DNA of 20,000 nt from an uncultured virus (IMG/VR IMGVR_UViG_2873412701_000001) (taxonomy: Duplodnaviria; Heunggongvirae; Uroviricota; Caudoviricetes), in IMG/VR virus record IMGVR_UViG_2873412701_000001. One strand, 5' to 3'. Below, piece by piece: positions 1-8,808 of the stretch. How positions within the stretch are numbered: position 1 is the stretch's first letter; each line of letters begins with the position of its first letter. The notes under the pieces are model-generated. The model made no database searches. It worked only from the letters and a program-made list of their open reading frames with translations, and was not told the DNA's origin. The translations under genes were made by a program, and so were the position numbers.

Positions 1-825
1 CTGACCGGGGAGCGCTGGCATGCGCCGCCGATCGGGCACTACGGCTACTACACCGGCTCCACCAACGCGACGACGATGACCCGCACCGGCGCGGACGGGG
101 CGATGACCGTCTACCGCAGCGTGCCCGCGAACGTGTCCCCACGCTGGGGCTGCGCGCCGACGTCGTACCTGACCGGCCGGGTCAAGGTCACCACCACCGG
201 GGCGCAGGAGGTGTACGGCGTCGACGTGCCGCTCGCCGCCACCGGGTGGGCGCTGTCGAATGGCCTCGTCAACGTCGCCCCCGGCGCGTCCGCGACGCTG
301 GACGTGCAGGCGTACACCGGCAGTGCCTACCACTCCAAGCTCTGGAACGTCAGCGCCGCCGGGTCCGCCTCCTCGATCACGACGTGGGACGGAGCCACCC
401 TCCTCCGCAACGACCCCGAGATGTGCATCGTGCGGCTGATCAAGGGCCTGGCGCCGGGCCGCGCGACCCTCGACCTCACCCTCCGCCGCGGCTCCCGCTT
501 CGTCGAGGGCTACCTCCAGACCGGCACCTCTGCCACGCTCGCCGCCTACCGCAGCAGCCTGGAGACCAACACCAGCTTCGCCGCGTCCGGGTACGTCGTC
601 GCCACGTCGGACGATGCCGACGGCAACAAATTCGCGGCAGGCTCCGCGAGATCGTTCACCGCCCACACCAACGGAGGCGTCATCAAGAGCAGCGCCACCA
701 GCATCGACTTCTGGATCGGCGTAGCGGCCGGCGGGAGCAGCGCTATATCCGGGGACGCCGCGACCGACCTGCGGAACCAGTACGTCGCCTGCATGCCGGA
801 AGCCGTCTACGGAGTCCGGAGGTAG
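1..825 (+). CDS. Phage tail protein, 5'-truncated by the window edge
   Basis: Frame 1 is open from base 1 (LTGERWHAPPIGHYGYY...) to TAG at 823-825. Thr/Ser/Ala/Gly-rich with C/G-ending codons. Directly upstream of the large minor tail gene. Confidence 0.7.
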   Translation: MTGERWHAPPIGHYGYYTGSTNATTMTRTGADGAMTVYRSVPANVSPRWGCAPTSYLTGRVKVTTTGAQEVYGVDVPLAATGWALSNGLVNVAPGASATLDVQAYTGSAYHSKLWNVSAAGSASSITTWDGATLLRNDPEMCIVRLIKGLAPGRATLDLTLRRGSRFVEGYLQTGTSATLAAYRSSLETNTSFAASGYVVATSDDADGNKFAAGSARSFTAHTNGGVIKSSATSIDFWIGVAAGGSSAISGDAATDLRNQYVACMPEAVYGVRR

Positions 826-830
826 CGCGG

Positions 831-3701
831 GTGGCCGTCAACGAGGTACTGAAGGCTCTGGGTTCGTGGGAGATCGGTCTGCTCCCGTCGATCCCCCGCG
901 ACGCCCTGGACGCGATCCAGTACTTCGGGCACGTCGCGATCGTCCCCGGCCGGCTCGACCCCGCCCAGTACGGCGACAACCTCCTCGACGTGGCCCGCTA
1001 CGTCGGCGTCGTCCGCACGCGCACGACCGGCGACGACGGTCGCACCAACGCCCCCGGCGACAACCTCAGCGTCGGCGGCGTCGGGATGGCGTTCTGGCTC
1101 GGCGACGAGGACAGCAAGGGCGACGTCTTCGAGAACGCCGTGGAACCCGCGAGCGCCAGCTTCGCCACGGCCATCAACATGCTGCTCCCCGCGTCCGGCG
1201 CGGTCACCGCCGGCACCATCCACTCCGTGTCCGGCACGTACACCGGCCGACACCAGTACGAGACGCCCCGCACCGCGATCGGCTACGTCTGCGACACCAT
1301 GTCGTCCGAGAGCGTCCCCGTCTCCTGGCGCGTCAACGGCGACGGCACCCTCGACGCCGGGCCGGACTCCGATCTGTTCGTGACCAACCCGACGTGCGTC
1401 ATCGTCACCCGCGGCGCCGGCGAGGACATGGCGCTACGGGCCCTGCCGGGCAGCATGGACGTCACCCGGGATATGGAGGACTACTCCACCCGCGTCGTCC
1501 TGCTGGCCGAGGGTGAGGGGGCGAGTATCGCCACGGGGGCGGCGGACATCTCTCCGGCGACCGGGTTCAAGGACATCCACGGCAACCCGCTGAAGCTGAC
1601 CCGCCTCGTGTCCGAGTCGGATACGACGTCGACGAACGCGGAGACCCGGGCTGCGTTGCAGCTGTCGCGGTTCACGTCGGCACGGAACGCCCTCACGCTG
1701 TCGACTGCGGACTACGACGTCCACGGGTCGTTCGTGGTCGGGGACCGGGTGTGGGTGTACGACCCGGACTCTGGTCTTGTCGACACATCGACAGAGATCA
1801 CGTTCCGGGGCCTGCGGCTGAACCCGCTCAAGCTCCAGGTGACGGAGACCTCATGGTCCATCACCGAGGGATACACGGTCGCCTACCGGGCAGCCGACGG
1901 CACCTGGACCGACCTCACGCAGTACATCGACTTCGAAACCGACGGCACGTCCACCGTCACCGTCGGGGACTTCTCCCGGCAACTCACCAACTCCTCGACC
2001 GAGCCGATCGGGTCACGACCCAACGCCGACACCTCGGTACCCAGCCAGCCGGTGTTCGTAGAACCGTTCACCGGCCTCGCCTACCTCGACAACCGCGGCT
2101 TCACCCGCGCCCGCGTCATCCTCACCTGGAACGCCCCCAACAACGTCGACGGATCCACGGTCCTGGACGGGGATCACTACGAGATCCGCTACGCCGTCGA
2201 CACCGACATGCTGTACCCAGCCACCTGGACGCAGGTCTCCCAGGTCCGCTGGCAAGACCTCCAGACCTGGAGCCAGCCGTTCGCCGCGCCCGATGACGAC
2301 TGGCAGGTCATGTTCGTGGCCTGGGGCGAGACAACCGCCCAACTCCAAGACCTCTCGCCCGGGGTCGGCTACGACGTGCAGATCCGGGCGGTCGACAGGA
2401 CCGGCAACACCGGCGCCTGGTCGCCGGTGACGACGTTCGTAGCCTCGTCCGACAACCTGCCGCCCTCCACTCCCGCCGCCCCGTCGGTGGCCGGGTCGCG
2501 GATTGCAGTGCAGATCACGCACGAGTTGGGCAAGGCCAGCGGCGGCACGTTCAACCTAGAGTCGGATCTCGACCACCTTGAGATCCACGCCGACTACGAG
2601 CCCGGGTTCACACCGACCACGACCACCCTCAAGGGCAAAGCAGTCGCCAACGCGGGCATGATCCAAGCCGAGATCCCCGTCGTGTTCACCGCCCAGGTGG
2701 AAGAGACGTCCGCCCGGTACGTGCGGGTCGTCGCGGTCGACAAGACCGGCAACAAGAGCGGGCCCAGCGACGCGGCGTCGGCGACCGCACTCCTCATCGA
2801 CGACGCCCACATCAGCGACCTCACCGTCTCCAAAGTCACCGCCGGTGAGATCACGGCGTCGTGGGTCATGGCCGGGGAGATCAAAACCGCCGACACCGGC
2901 GCCCGCGCCCGGATGTCCGCCGACGGCTACGAGCTGTACAACACCGCCGGCAGCCGCACCTTCTTCGCCGACGCCTCCACCGGCGACGTGTCGATCATCG
3001 GCCAGCTCCTTTCCGGTACAACCGGAAAGCGACTGGAGATCAACCCCACCGGAACCTTCCTGCCCGAAATCCGCTTCTACCCCAACTCCGGTAGCGACTT
3101 CGGCTTCATCAACGGAGTCTCCGCAGGCACCGACGTCAGCCTCGGCATGAACTCCAGTCCGTTCGACGACGGCGGCGTCACCTGCACATCCCGCGCCTAC
3201 CTCACGCCCACAGCCGCCCGCCTCGAAGTCATCCGATCCGACACCGCGGAACGCCGCGGCGGCTACGTCATCGCCCAGCCCGGCGCCTTCTCCGCCGGCT
3301 ACCAGCGCGGCGGCGTGGACGGCGGCAAGTTCTACGGCGACGAGGTGCAGGCCATCGTCGGATGGGACAACGGCACCGACGCCACCGCCAACTACTGGCT
3401 GCACTTCGCCAACCGGACCGTACACATCGGCAGGTGGGCCGACTTCGCAGCCCCGGGCAGCATCGACGGCATCTTCACCGGCACCGTCGCCGGGACCGCG
3501 AGTGCCTCCAGCCTGTCCCTGGGGTTCGGTATCACCATGGACACCCAGCTCGTACCGATCGTGTCCGTCCGCGACGCCCCTGCCGTCGCCAACACGCGCG
3601 GGTTCTGCATCAGCGCCTCCGACACGACCGGCTTCACCACCCAACTCTCCGGCGCCGCCGACGGCGGCTGGTCCGTTTATTTCTGGTGCTACAGGATCTG
3701 A
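831..3701 (+). CDS. Large minor tail / host-specificity protein with fibronectin type III-like region (956 aa)
   Basis: GTG at 831 follows GGAGG at 818-822. FN3-like signature LTWNAP...YEIRY...LQDLSPGVGYDVQIRAVDRTGNTGAWS and a second YVRVVAVDKTGNKSGPS. The IDDAHISDLTVSKVTAGEITA segment is typical of tail fibre shafts. Confidence 0.8.
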   Translation: MAVNEVLKALGSWEIGLLPSIPRDALDAIQYFGHVAIVPGRLDPAQYGDNLLDVARYVGVVRTRTTGDDGRTNAPGDNLSVGGVGMAFWLGDEDSKGDVFENAVEPASASFATAINMLLPASGAVTAGTIHSVSGTYTGRHQYETPRTAIGYVCDTMSSESVPVSWRVNGDGTLDAGPDSDLFVTNPTCVIVTRGAGEDMALRALPGSMDVTRDMEDYSTRVVLLAEGEGASIATGAADISPATGFKDIHGNPLKLTRLVSESDTTSTNAETRAALQLSRFTSARNALTLSTADYDVHGSFVVGDRVWVYDPDSGLVDTSTEITFRGLRLNPLKLQVTETSWSITEGYTVAYRAADGTWTDLTQYIDFETDGTSTVTVGDFSRQLTNSSTEPIGSRPNADTSVPSQPVFVEPFTGLAYLDNRGFTRARVILTWNAPNNVDGSTVLDGDHYEIRYAVDTDMLYPATWTQVSQVRWQDLQTWSQPFAAPDDDWQVMFVAWGETTAQLQDLSPGVGYDVQIRAVDRTGNTGAWSPVTTFVASSDNLPPSTPAAPSVAGSRIAVQITHELGKASGGTFNLESDLDHLEIHADYEPGFTPTTTTLKGKAVANAGMIQAEIPVVFTAQVEETSARYVRVVAVDKTGNKSGPSDAASATALLIDDAHISDLTVSKVTAGEITASWVMAGEIKTADTGARARMSADGYELYNTAGSRTFFADASTGDVSIIGQLLSGTTGKRLEINPTGTFLPEIRFYPNSGSDFGFINGVSAGTDVSLGMNSSPFDDGGVTCTSRAYLTPTAARLEVIRSDTAERRGGYVIAQPGAFSAGYQRGGVDGGKFYGDEVQAIVGWDNGTDATANYWLHFANRTVHIGRWADFAAPGSIDGIFTGTVAGTASASSLSLGFGITMDTQLVPIVSVRDAPAVANTRGFCISASDTTGFTTQLSGAADGGWSVYFWCYRI

Positions 3702-3702
3702 C

Positions 3703-4293
3703 ATGCCACCACGCGAATACATCGTCCAGACGGTCGGCGAGTACTGGCCCAACCCCGACAACCCGTGCTGGTACGTCGACATGCTCAAACCGGACGGCAC
3801 CCTGCACCGGCACGTCTTCCCCAAGATGACCTTGGAGAATTTGGCCGCCGAATACGGCATCGACCCGACAGCGGTGGACGACCTCCTCGACATCGCCATG
3901 CACCAGCCGTTCGCACCCAACCCCGAGGACCCGGACGGCGAGGACCCGGCCGGCGCGGCGGGCATGCTGTCGCCCGCGCTCGTCTCGCGCGGCACGACCC
4001 GCAAGGGCGACCCTGTACCGACGACCCTGTACACGGCTGCCGACACCGCCGCGGCGCGTGAGGCGCACCGGATACGGATCGAGCACACCAAAGCCCACCG
4101 GGTGCGGGTCGTCCCGCCGAAGGCCGGCCGGGACCCGCTCAACACGATCCGGCAGGCGCACGGCATCGACCCGGCCCGCGTCGCCGTGAAAGCCCGCATG
4201 GTCGAGGAGCGGCGGCTGGTCGCTCAGGGCCGTGCCCCGCAGCGCCCTACCACCCGTAACCCCGACTTCCTGAAGGGCGGCCCCCGTGCCTGA
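3703..4293 (+). CDS. Hypothetical phage protein in the tail module (196 aa)
   Basis: ATG 1 nt after the previous stop. Its 3' end overlaps the next gene start. Phage-like codon usage. Confidence 0.7.
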   Translation: MPPREYIVQTVGEYWPNPDNPCWYVDMLKPDGTLHRHVFPKMTLENLAAEYGIDPTAVDDLLDIAMHQPFAPNPEDPDGEDPAGAAGMLSPALVSRGTTRKGDPVPTTLYTAADTAAAREAHRIRIEHTKAHRVRVVPPKAGRDPLNTIRQAHGIDPARVAVKARMVEERRLVAQGRAPQRPTTRNPDFLKGGPRA

Positions 4294-5272
4294 CGCTCCC
4301 ACCACCAGGCTCGGCCTGTACAAATCCCTGTCGGACGGCTCTGAACTGGTCGACTACTCGCAAGATATCGGCCAGAACTGGGACAAGGTCGACGCCGCCG
4401 CAGGCTTCCAAGTCGTCACCTCGGGGACCCGGCCCTCCAGCCCGTACAGCGGCAAGGGCATCGCCGAGTCCAACACCAGCTACCGGACGTACTTCTCCAA
4501 CGGCACCGCGCCCGCCTCCGCGTCGTGGGTGCAGATCCCCAACAGCAGCAGCACGTACGACGCGGACCTCGACCTCACCAGCGGCAAACAGGTCAACATC
4601 GGCACCAGCAGCAGCACCGCCAGCATCGCCGTCGTCAACGCCGCCACCACCACCGACGCCATCAGTCTCCGCGTCACCGGAGACACCCAGTCCCGGTTCC
4701 TCGTCGACACCGACGGCTCCATCAACTGGGGTGCGGGCGCCTCAGCCGCAACCGACGTCACCCTCTACCGGTCAGCCGCCAACATCCTCCGCACCGGCGA
4801 CAGCCTCACCGTCGACATCGACCTCACCGTCACCGGCAACATCAACTCCGCCGCAAACCTCAACACCGGCGCCTGGACCACCTACACGCCCACCTGGACG
4901 AGCAGCGGAACCCAGCCCGCCCTCGGCAACGGCACCCTCGTGGGACGGTACGCCCGCATCGGTCGCACCATCGTCTGCCAGATCAACTTGATCCCTGGCT
5001 CCACCACGACATTCGGTACGGGCACCTACTCGTGGGCGCTACCGGCTACGAGCGCGAACGCGGGCGCCACCTACATCGGTCAGGCTCACCTTCTCGGCAC
5101 TGCCCGGTGGGCAGGCCAGTTCGTGATCAGCCCCAACCAGTCGGCGTCCAACCCCTTTTTCTCCACCGCGTCCGGCGACTCACGGCTCGCCGGCATGACA
5201 CCGACCGTGCCGGAGACGTTCGCGAACGGGTCCCAGCTCCGCATCACCGTCACGTACGAGGCGGCCGCCTAG
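4286..5272 (+). CDS. Tail fibre / receptor-binding protein (328 aa)
   Basis: N-terminal TTRLGLYK...NWDKVDAA anchor resembling actinophage fibres, DVTLYRSAANILRT motif, and C-terminal WTTYTPTW...GNGTLVGRYARIG head-like domain. Very Ser/Thr-rich. Confidence 0.75.
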   Translation: MPDAPTTRLGLYKSLSDGSELVDYSQDIGQNWDKVDAAAGFQVVTSGTRPSSPYSGKGIAESNTSYRTYFSNGTAPASASWVQIPNSSSTYDADLDLTSGKQVNIGTSSSTASIAVVNAATTTDAISLRVTGDTQSRFLVDTDGSINWGAGASAATDVTLYRSAANILRTGDSLTVDIDLTVTGNINSAANLNTGAWTTYTPTWTSSGTQPALGNGTLVGRYARIGRTIVCQINLIPGSTTTFGTGTYSWALPATSANAGATYIGQAHLLGTARWAGQFVISPNQSASNPFFSTASGDSRLAGMTPTVPETFANGSQLRITVTYEAAA

Positions 5273-5508
5273 CCGTGGTCGTCGGCCGGGTACGCCGGCT
5301 GCGCGGCCAGGTCCGGGCCGAACGTCGATGGGTCGGGCTTGGCCTGCTGGAGCCGCTGGTTCTCCTCCTGCGCGGCGGCAAGCTGGCGTTCCAGCCCGGC
5401 GACCTTCGCGCGCAGGAGGAGGGTTTCGTCGAAGAGTTCACCGCACCGCTGCCGGAATACGGGGAGCGCGTCGTCGACGCTGATCTGCTGACCCTGGGGC
5501 TGGTTCAT
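5269..5508 (-). CDS. Small coiled-coil hypothetical protein (79 aa), last gene of the inverted operon
   Basis: ATGA overlap with the upstream gene at 5505-5508. Heptad-like LLLRAKVAGLERQLAAAQEENQRLQQ. Confidence 0.7.
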   Translation of the reverse strand: MNQPQGQQISVDDALPVFRQRCGELFDETLLLRAKVAGLERQLAAAQEENQRLQQAKPDPSTFGPDLAAQPAYPADDHG

Positions 5509-6374
5509 GCGGTGACCGCCTTGTCTGCGAGGTCCCGGTACCGGTCCAGGAGGTCGGTGTCGTTGAGGAACGCGTGCTGGGTGAAGAACGACCAGTGCGA
5601 CACGATCGCGTCGCCGCGGAGGATGTTCGGGGCGCCGGTGGCGAGCGGGTGGTGGATGGTGTGAAAACTCTCCTCCTCGTCCGGGACGAGGACGCCGGGG
5701 CCGTGCGGGAGTCCGGCGTACATGCTGCCGAGGCTGGCGAAGCAGGAGACGGAGAATTGGGTGCCGGGCTGGATCGGGAAGTCCTGGTACAGGTAGAGGT
5801 CTTCGACGGCGCCGCGCTCGATGTGGTCGAGGAGCAGTTCGTGGAGCTTCACCGCGAACGGGCCGTTGGCCCAGCCGTTGGGGTCCATGCAGTACATGCC
5901 GACCTCGCCCCACTCGCGCGGAACCTTCCCGCAGTGCTGGAGGAAGTGCGAGCAGATCGCGTTGTTGAAGATGATCGGGAAGATCGCGGTAGGCGCGGGC
6001 ATCTGAAGGCGGGCCCGGACGAGGTTGGGAATCGCGTCCTCGTGTAGGTAGATCACGTCATCGTCGAGCCTCAGATAGACGGCCTCCGGGTCGATCATCT
6101 CCCGGTAAGCCAGGCCCGTGTACCTCTGCTTGGGCAGGTTGCCGAGGTCGACGCCTTCGGGCCGGTGCTTCAGCTTCACCCAGTCGAACTGCTCGTCCAG
6201 CTCGTGGGCGTAGGCGATGTCGTCCTCTTGGCCGACCGGGTCGGTGTTGAGGTACAGCCACGCTTCGTCGACCAAGCCGCGGGCATGGTCGCGCTCCAGG
6301 TACTTGATGAGCAGGCTGAAGGTCCGGCGCCGGCCGAACGGTGTCCACGCGATGACGCGCTTCCCATCGATCAC
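5505..6374 (-). CDS. Putative GT-A-fold glycosyltransferase, divergent (289 aa)
   Basis: GTG start with GAGGAG RBS and GTGA overlap. N-terminal VIAWTPFGRR strand/loop and hydrophobic strand plus DxD motif (VYLRLDDDVIY). C-terminal VSHWSFFTQH. Confidence 0.65.
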   Translation of the reverse strand: MIDGKRVIAWTPFGRRRTFSLLIKYLERDHARGLVDEAWLYLNTDPVGQEDDIAYAHELDEQFDWVKLKHRPEGVDLGNLPKQRYTGLAYREMIDPEAVYLRLDDDVIYLHEDAIPNLVRARLQMPAPTAIFPIIFNNAICSHFLQHCGKVPREWGEVGMYCMDPNGWANGPFAVKLHELLLDHIERGAVEDLYLYQDFPIQPGTQFSVSCFASLGSMYAGLPHGPGVLVPDEEESFHTIHHPLATGAPNILRGDAIVSHWSFFTQHAFLNDTDLLDRYRDLADKAVTA

Positions 6375-7129
6375 GGGTTCCTCCTCGTGGTGCGGTGTTG
6401 TGGCGGCCACTGCCCGGACGCGTCGGTCCACGGCAGGTCAGGGTGCAGCTTCCGCAGGAGATCCACGGTCGCCGCGTGATGCTCGCTGCGGGCGTCGGAG
6501 AGCTGGCCGGGGTGGACGCGCACGAAGTACAGCGGCTGCTCCACCACCGCGTACCGGTGCATGCCTGCCTTCCAGACGCGAATCCACCAGTCCCAGTCCT
6601 CCGCCGTCCCGTACGTACCGGGCGGCGTGGCGTCCGGCGAGTAGCCGCCGACCGTCTCCCACACCCTGCGGCGGATCAGCGCCTTGTCGATGAGCGGCGG
6701 CCACTGCGCGAAGTCGTCCAGCGTGGCGTCCGGGAGGCTGGCCTGCACGTGGTCGGCCTCGCCGAACTGCTGCGCGTGCGGGACGACGAAGTCCCGGCCG
6801 CCGTCCGCACCTAGGGCGGACGCGCAGCGGGCGATGCACTCCGGGTGCAGCCGGTCGTCTGCCGAGGCGGTGAACAGCGCGTCACAGCCGTCGGCGAGTG
6901 CGAGGCGGGCGGCGGCGTTGAGGCTGCCCGCCCAGCCGACCCGCTTCCGATTCCGCCGCATGCCGGCCCACAGGTCGGGGTGCTCACGCAGCCACTCGTA
7001 GGTGCCGTCGTCGGAGCGGTCCTCGGCGATGTACGCGTGCGCAGCGTGGGTCTGGCCCTGGACCGAGTCGAGCATCTCTTCGAGGTAGGGGAGAGCGTTG
7101 CGGGCGGGGATGATGACGCCGATCTTCAT
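6371..7129 (-). CDS. Glycosyltransferase family 2 (252 aa)
   Basis: IGVIIPARN, EDRSDDGT, GWAGSLNAA, SADD (DxD equivalent), ALIRRRVWETVGGY and EDWDWWIR are canonical GT2 motifs. ATGA overlap at 7126-7129. Confidence 0.9.
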   Translation of the reverse strand: MKIGVIIPARNALPYLEEMLDSVQGQTHAAHAYIAEDRSDDGTYEWLREHPDLWAGMRRNRKRVGWAGSLNAAARLALADGCDALFTASADDRLHPECIARCASALGADGGRDFVVPHAQQFGEADHVQASLPDATLDDFAQWPPLIDKALIRRRVWETVGGYSPDATPPGTYGTAEDWDWWIRVWKAGMHRYAVVEQPLYFVRVHPGQLSDARSEHHAATVDLLRKLHPDLPWTDASGQWPPQHRTTRRNP

Positions 7130-7974
7130 CGCGTTCGCTCCATCCACTGGTAGGTGCGGGCCACGCCCTGCTGCCACCCGACGGCGGGCTCCCAGCCGCG
7201 GACTGCGCTCACGGGGGAGTTGTCCGTGACGACTCGTTGAAGATCCCCGGGGAGGCGTTCGGCGTGGCGCACGTCGCTGTAGTCGATGCGTTCCAGGAGC
7301 CCGAGGAGGCTGACCTCGTTGTCGGGGCCGCCGCCGACGTCGTAGGTGCGGCCCTGGTAGGCGTCGAAGTTTTCGACGATGTCGCCGAGGAGGCGGGTGA
7401 AGTCGTCGATGTGGAGGATGTCGCGGGACTGGGTGCCGTCGCCGTGGACGGTGATGGTGCGGCGTTCGAGGGTGGCGCGGAGGAACCAGGTGACCCAGCC
7501 TGCTTCGGCGCTGCCGTCCTGTCCGGGCCCGTACACGGTGGACGGTCGGAGGATGACCGACGGGAGGCCGTAGAGGTCGCCGTACAGGCGGAGGTAGTCC
7601 TCGCCGACGCGTTTCGACAGCCCGAGCGGGGCGATCTTCCCGTCGGCGCCGGCGTTCACCTTGACGCTGGACGTGAACAGGACGGGCACGCCCCCGGCCT
7701 GGCGTGCGGCTTCGCACACGTTGAAGGTGCCGAGCGCGTTGTCCCGGAAGTCGGCGGCCGGGTCGGCGAGGCTGACGGCCGTGGAGCAGCTGGCGCCGAG
7801 GTGGACGATGACGTCGGGCTGGGCGGCGTCCACGGTCTTCTGGAGCGCGGCAAGGTCGGTGGTGGGTCGGCCGTGGCGTTTGTCGATGCCGGTGACCCGA
7901 TGGTCGTGGGCGGTCAGCTGTCGGACGAGGTGGGTGCCGATGAATCCGGATGCCCCGGTTACGAGGATGTTCAC
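7126..7974 (-). CDS. NAD-dependent epimerase/dehydratase (extended SDR), CDP-tyvelose 2-epimerase-like, catalytic Tyr replaced by Leu (282 aa)
   Basis: ILVTGASGFIG Rossmann motif, VIVHLGA, RPSTVYGP, GWVTWF, GDGTQSRDILHIDD. The YxxxK position reads LGLSK. GTG start with GGAGG RBS. Confidence 0.85.
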   Translation of the reverse strand: MNILVTGASGFIGTHLVRQLTAHDHRVTGIDKRHGRPTTDLAALQKTVDAAQPDVIVHLGASCSTAVSLADPAADFRDNALGTFNVCEAARQAGGVPVLFTSSVKVNAGADGKIAPLGLSKRVGEDYLRLYGDLYGLPSVILRPSTVYGPGQDGSAEAGWVTWFLRATLERRTITVHGDGTQSRDILHIDDFTRLLGDIVENFDAYQGRTYDVGGGPDNEVSLLGLLERIDYSDVRHAERLPGDLQRVVTDNSPVSAVRGWEPAVGWQQGVARTYQWMERTR

Positions 7975-8159
7975 GGGCGCTGCCTCCAGAGGTCTCGGAG
8001 CACTGGCCCCAGGAAGGCGAGACTGGCCAAGGCGGACAGGATCGCGACGGCGGCCCATTCGCGGTTGCCGGAGGCCATCGTGACGATGGTGAACGCAGCT
8101 GCCGACGCCGAGGCGGCCATGGAAGCGGCGATCTGAGCGGCGATCTCGTTGTCCTTCAC
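7971..8159 (-). CDS. Small membrane protein, two hydrophobic segments (62 aa)
   Basis: GTGA overlaps at both ends. Sequence MKDNEIAAQIAASMAASASAAAFTIVTMASGNREWAAVAILSALASLAFLGPVLRDLWRQRP. Confidence 0.65.
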   Translation of the reverse strand: MKDNEIAAQIAASMAASASAAAFTIVTMASGNREWAAVAILSALASLAFLGPVLRDLWRQRP

Positions 8160-8377
8160 CAGCCCACCGCTTTCTGCCAGGAGACGTACTCGGTGAGCTT
8201 GGCCTCGGCGAGGACGGCGACGAGCGCGGCGGTGAAGTGGGCTTGGGCGGCGAGGACGTCCAGATGGCTGGGCGGCCAGATGCCCGGCTTGATGCCGCGC
8301 GCTTGTTCCTCGTCGCTGACGGGTTGGCCTTCGAGGAGGCGTTCGCCTTCGCGGTAGTGATCCGGTCCAGTAGCCAT
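8156..8377 (-). CDS. Hypothetical phage protein (73 aa)
   Basis: TGATG coupling to the HNH gene. The TGPDHYREGERLL...AAQAHFTAAL pattern resembles small actinophage proteins. Confidence 0.7.
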   Translation of the reverse strand: MATGPDHYREGERLLEGQPVSDEEQARGIKPGIWPPSHLDVLAAQAHFTAALVAVLAEAKLTEYVSWQKAVGW

Positions 8378-8808
8378 CAGGCAGCCTGCTTCCTGGCATG
8401 GTGGCGGCGCTGTGCAGCGTTCTCGCAGGCGCGACACTGCCGCTTCCCGTTCCTTCGGGTGATCGTGTTCTCGGGGGTGAACTCGTGCCCCCTGCCGCAG
8501 CGGTTGGTTCTGACAGCGATTGCTGTAGGCGTCATGCCGCGCCGGATGTTCTCAGCCTGTGTGACCGGCTCCAGATGGGCGGGGTTCACGCATCGCCGGT
8601 TGCGGCATGTGTGGTCTAGGACAAGGCCTTCGCGTACCGCACCTACAGCGAACTCGTACGCCACGACGTGCGCCCTGCGTGTACGTCCCGCAAGCTTGAA
8701 CTGGCCATAGCCGTCGCGGACATTGAGGGAGGCCGTCCATTCCCAGCAGGTATCCGCTGAGGAGCGGTTGACCTTGGCCCAGAAGCGGACCGCTGTCTGG
8801 TCGTTCAC
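8377..8808 (-). CDS. HNH endonuclease (143 aa)
   Basis: RFWAKV...CWEWTAS...GYGQF...AHVVAYE...VLDHTCRNRRCVNPAHLEPVTQAEN, then a C-terminal CGRGHEFTPENT...RQCRAC Zn-ribbon. GTGA overlap with the GT4 gene. Confidence 0.9.
   Translation of the reverse strand: MNDQTAVRFWAKVNRSSADTCWEWTASLNVRDGYGQFKLAGRTRRAHVVAYEFAVGAVREGLVLDHTCRNRRCVNPAHLEPVTQAENIRRGMTPTAIAVRTNRCGRGHEFTPENTITRRNGKRQCRACENAAQRRHHARKQAA

Noticed and set aside
246..830. N-terminal extension of the 1151-aa ORF
   Set aside because: Arg-rich off-frame read overlapping the upstream gene. The real start is GTG 831 after GGAGG.
4286..5272. Diversity-generating retroelement or invertible tail-fibre system
   Set aside because: No reverse transcriptase, recombinase or duplicated template region is visible in the window.
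6371..7717. Apparent long versions or fusions of GT2, EndoVII (10463-11359), SDR (10921-12135) and collagen (14325-15653) ORFs
   Set aside because: The extensions overlap neighbouring genes in another frame. The internal starts have 4-nt overlaps and mostly RBS-like sequences.
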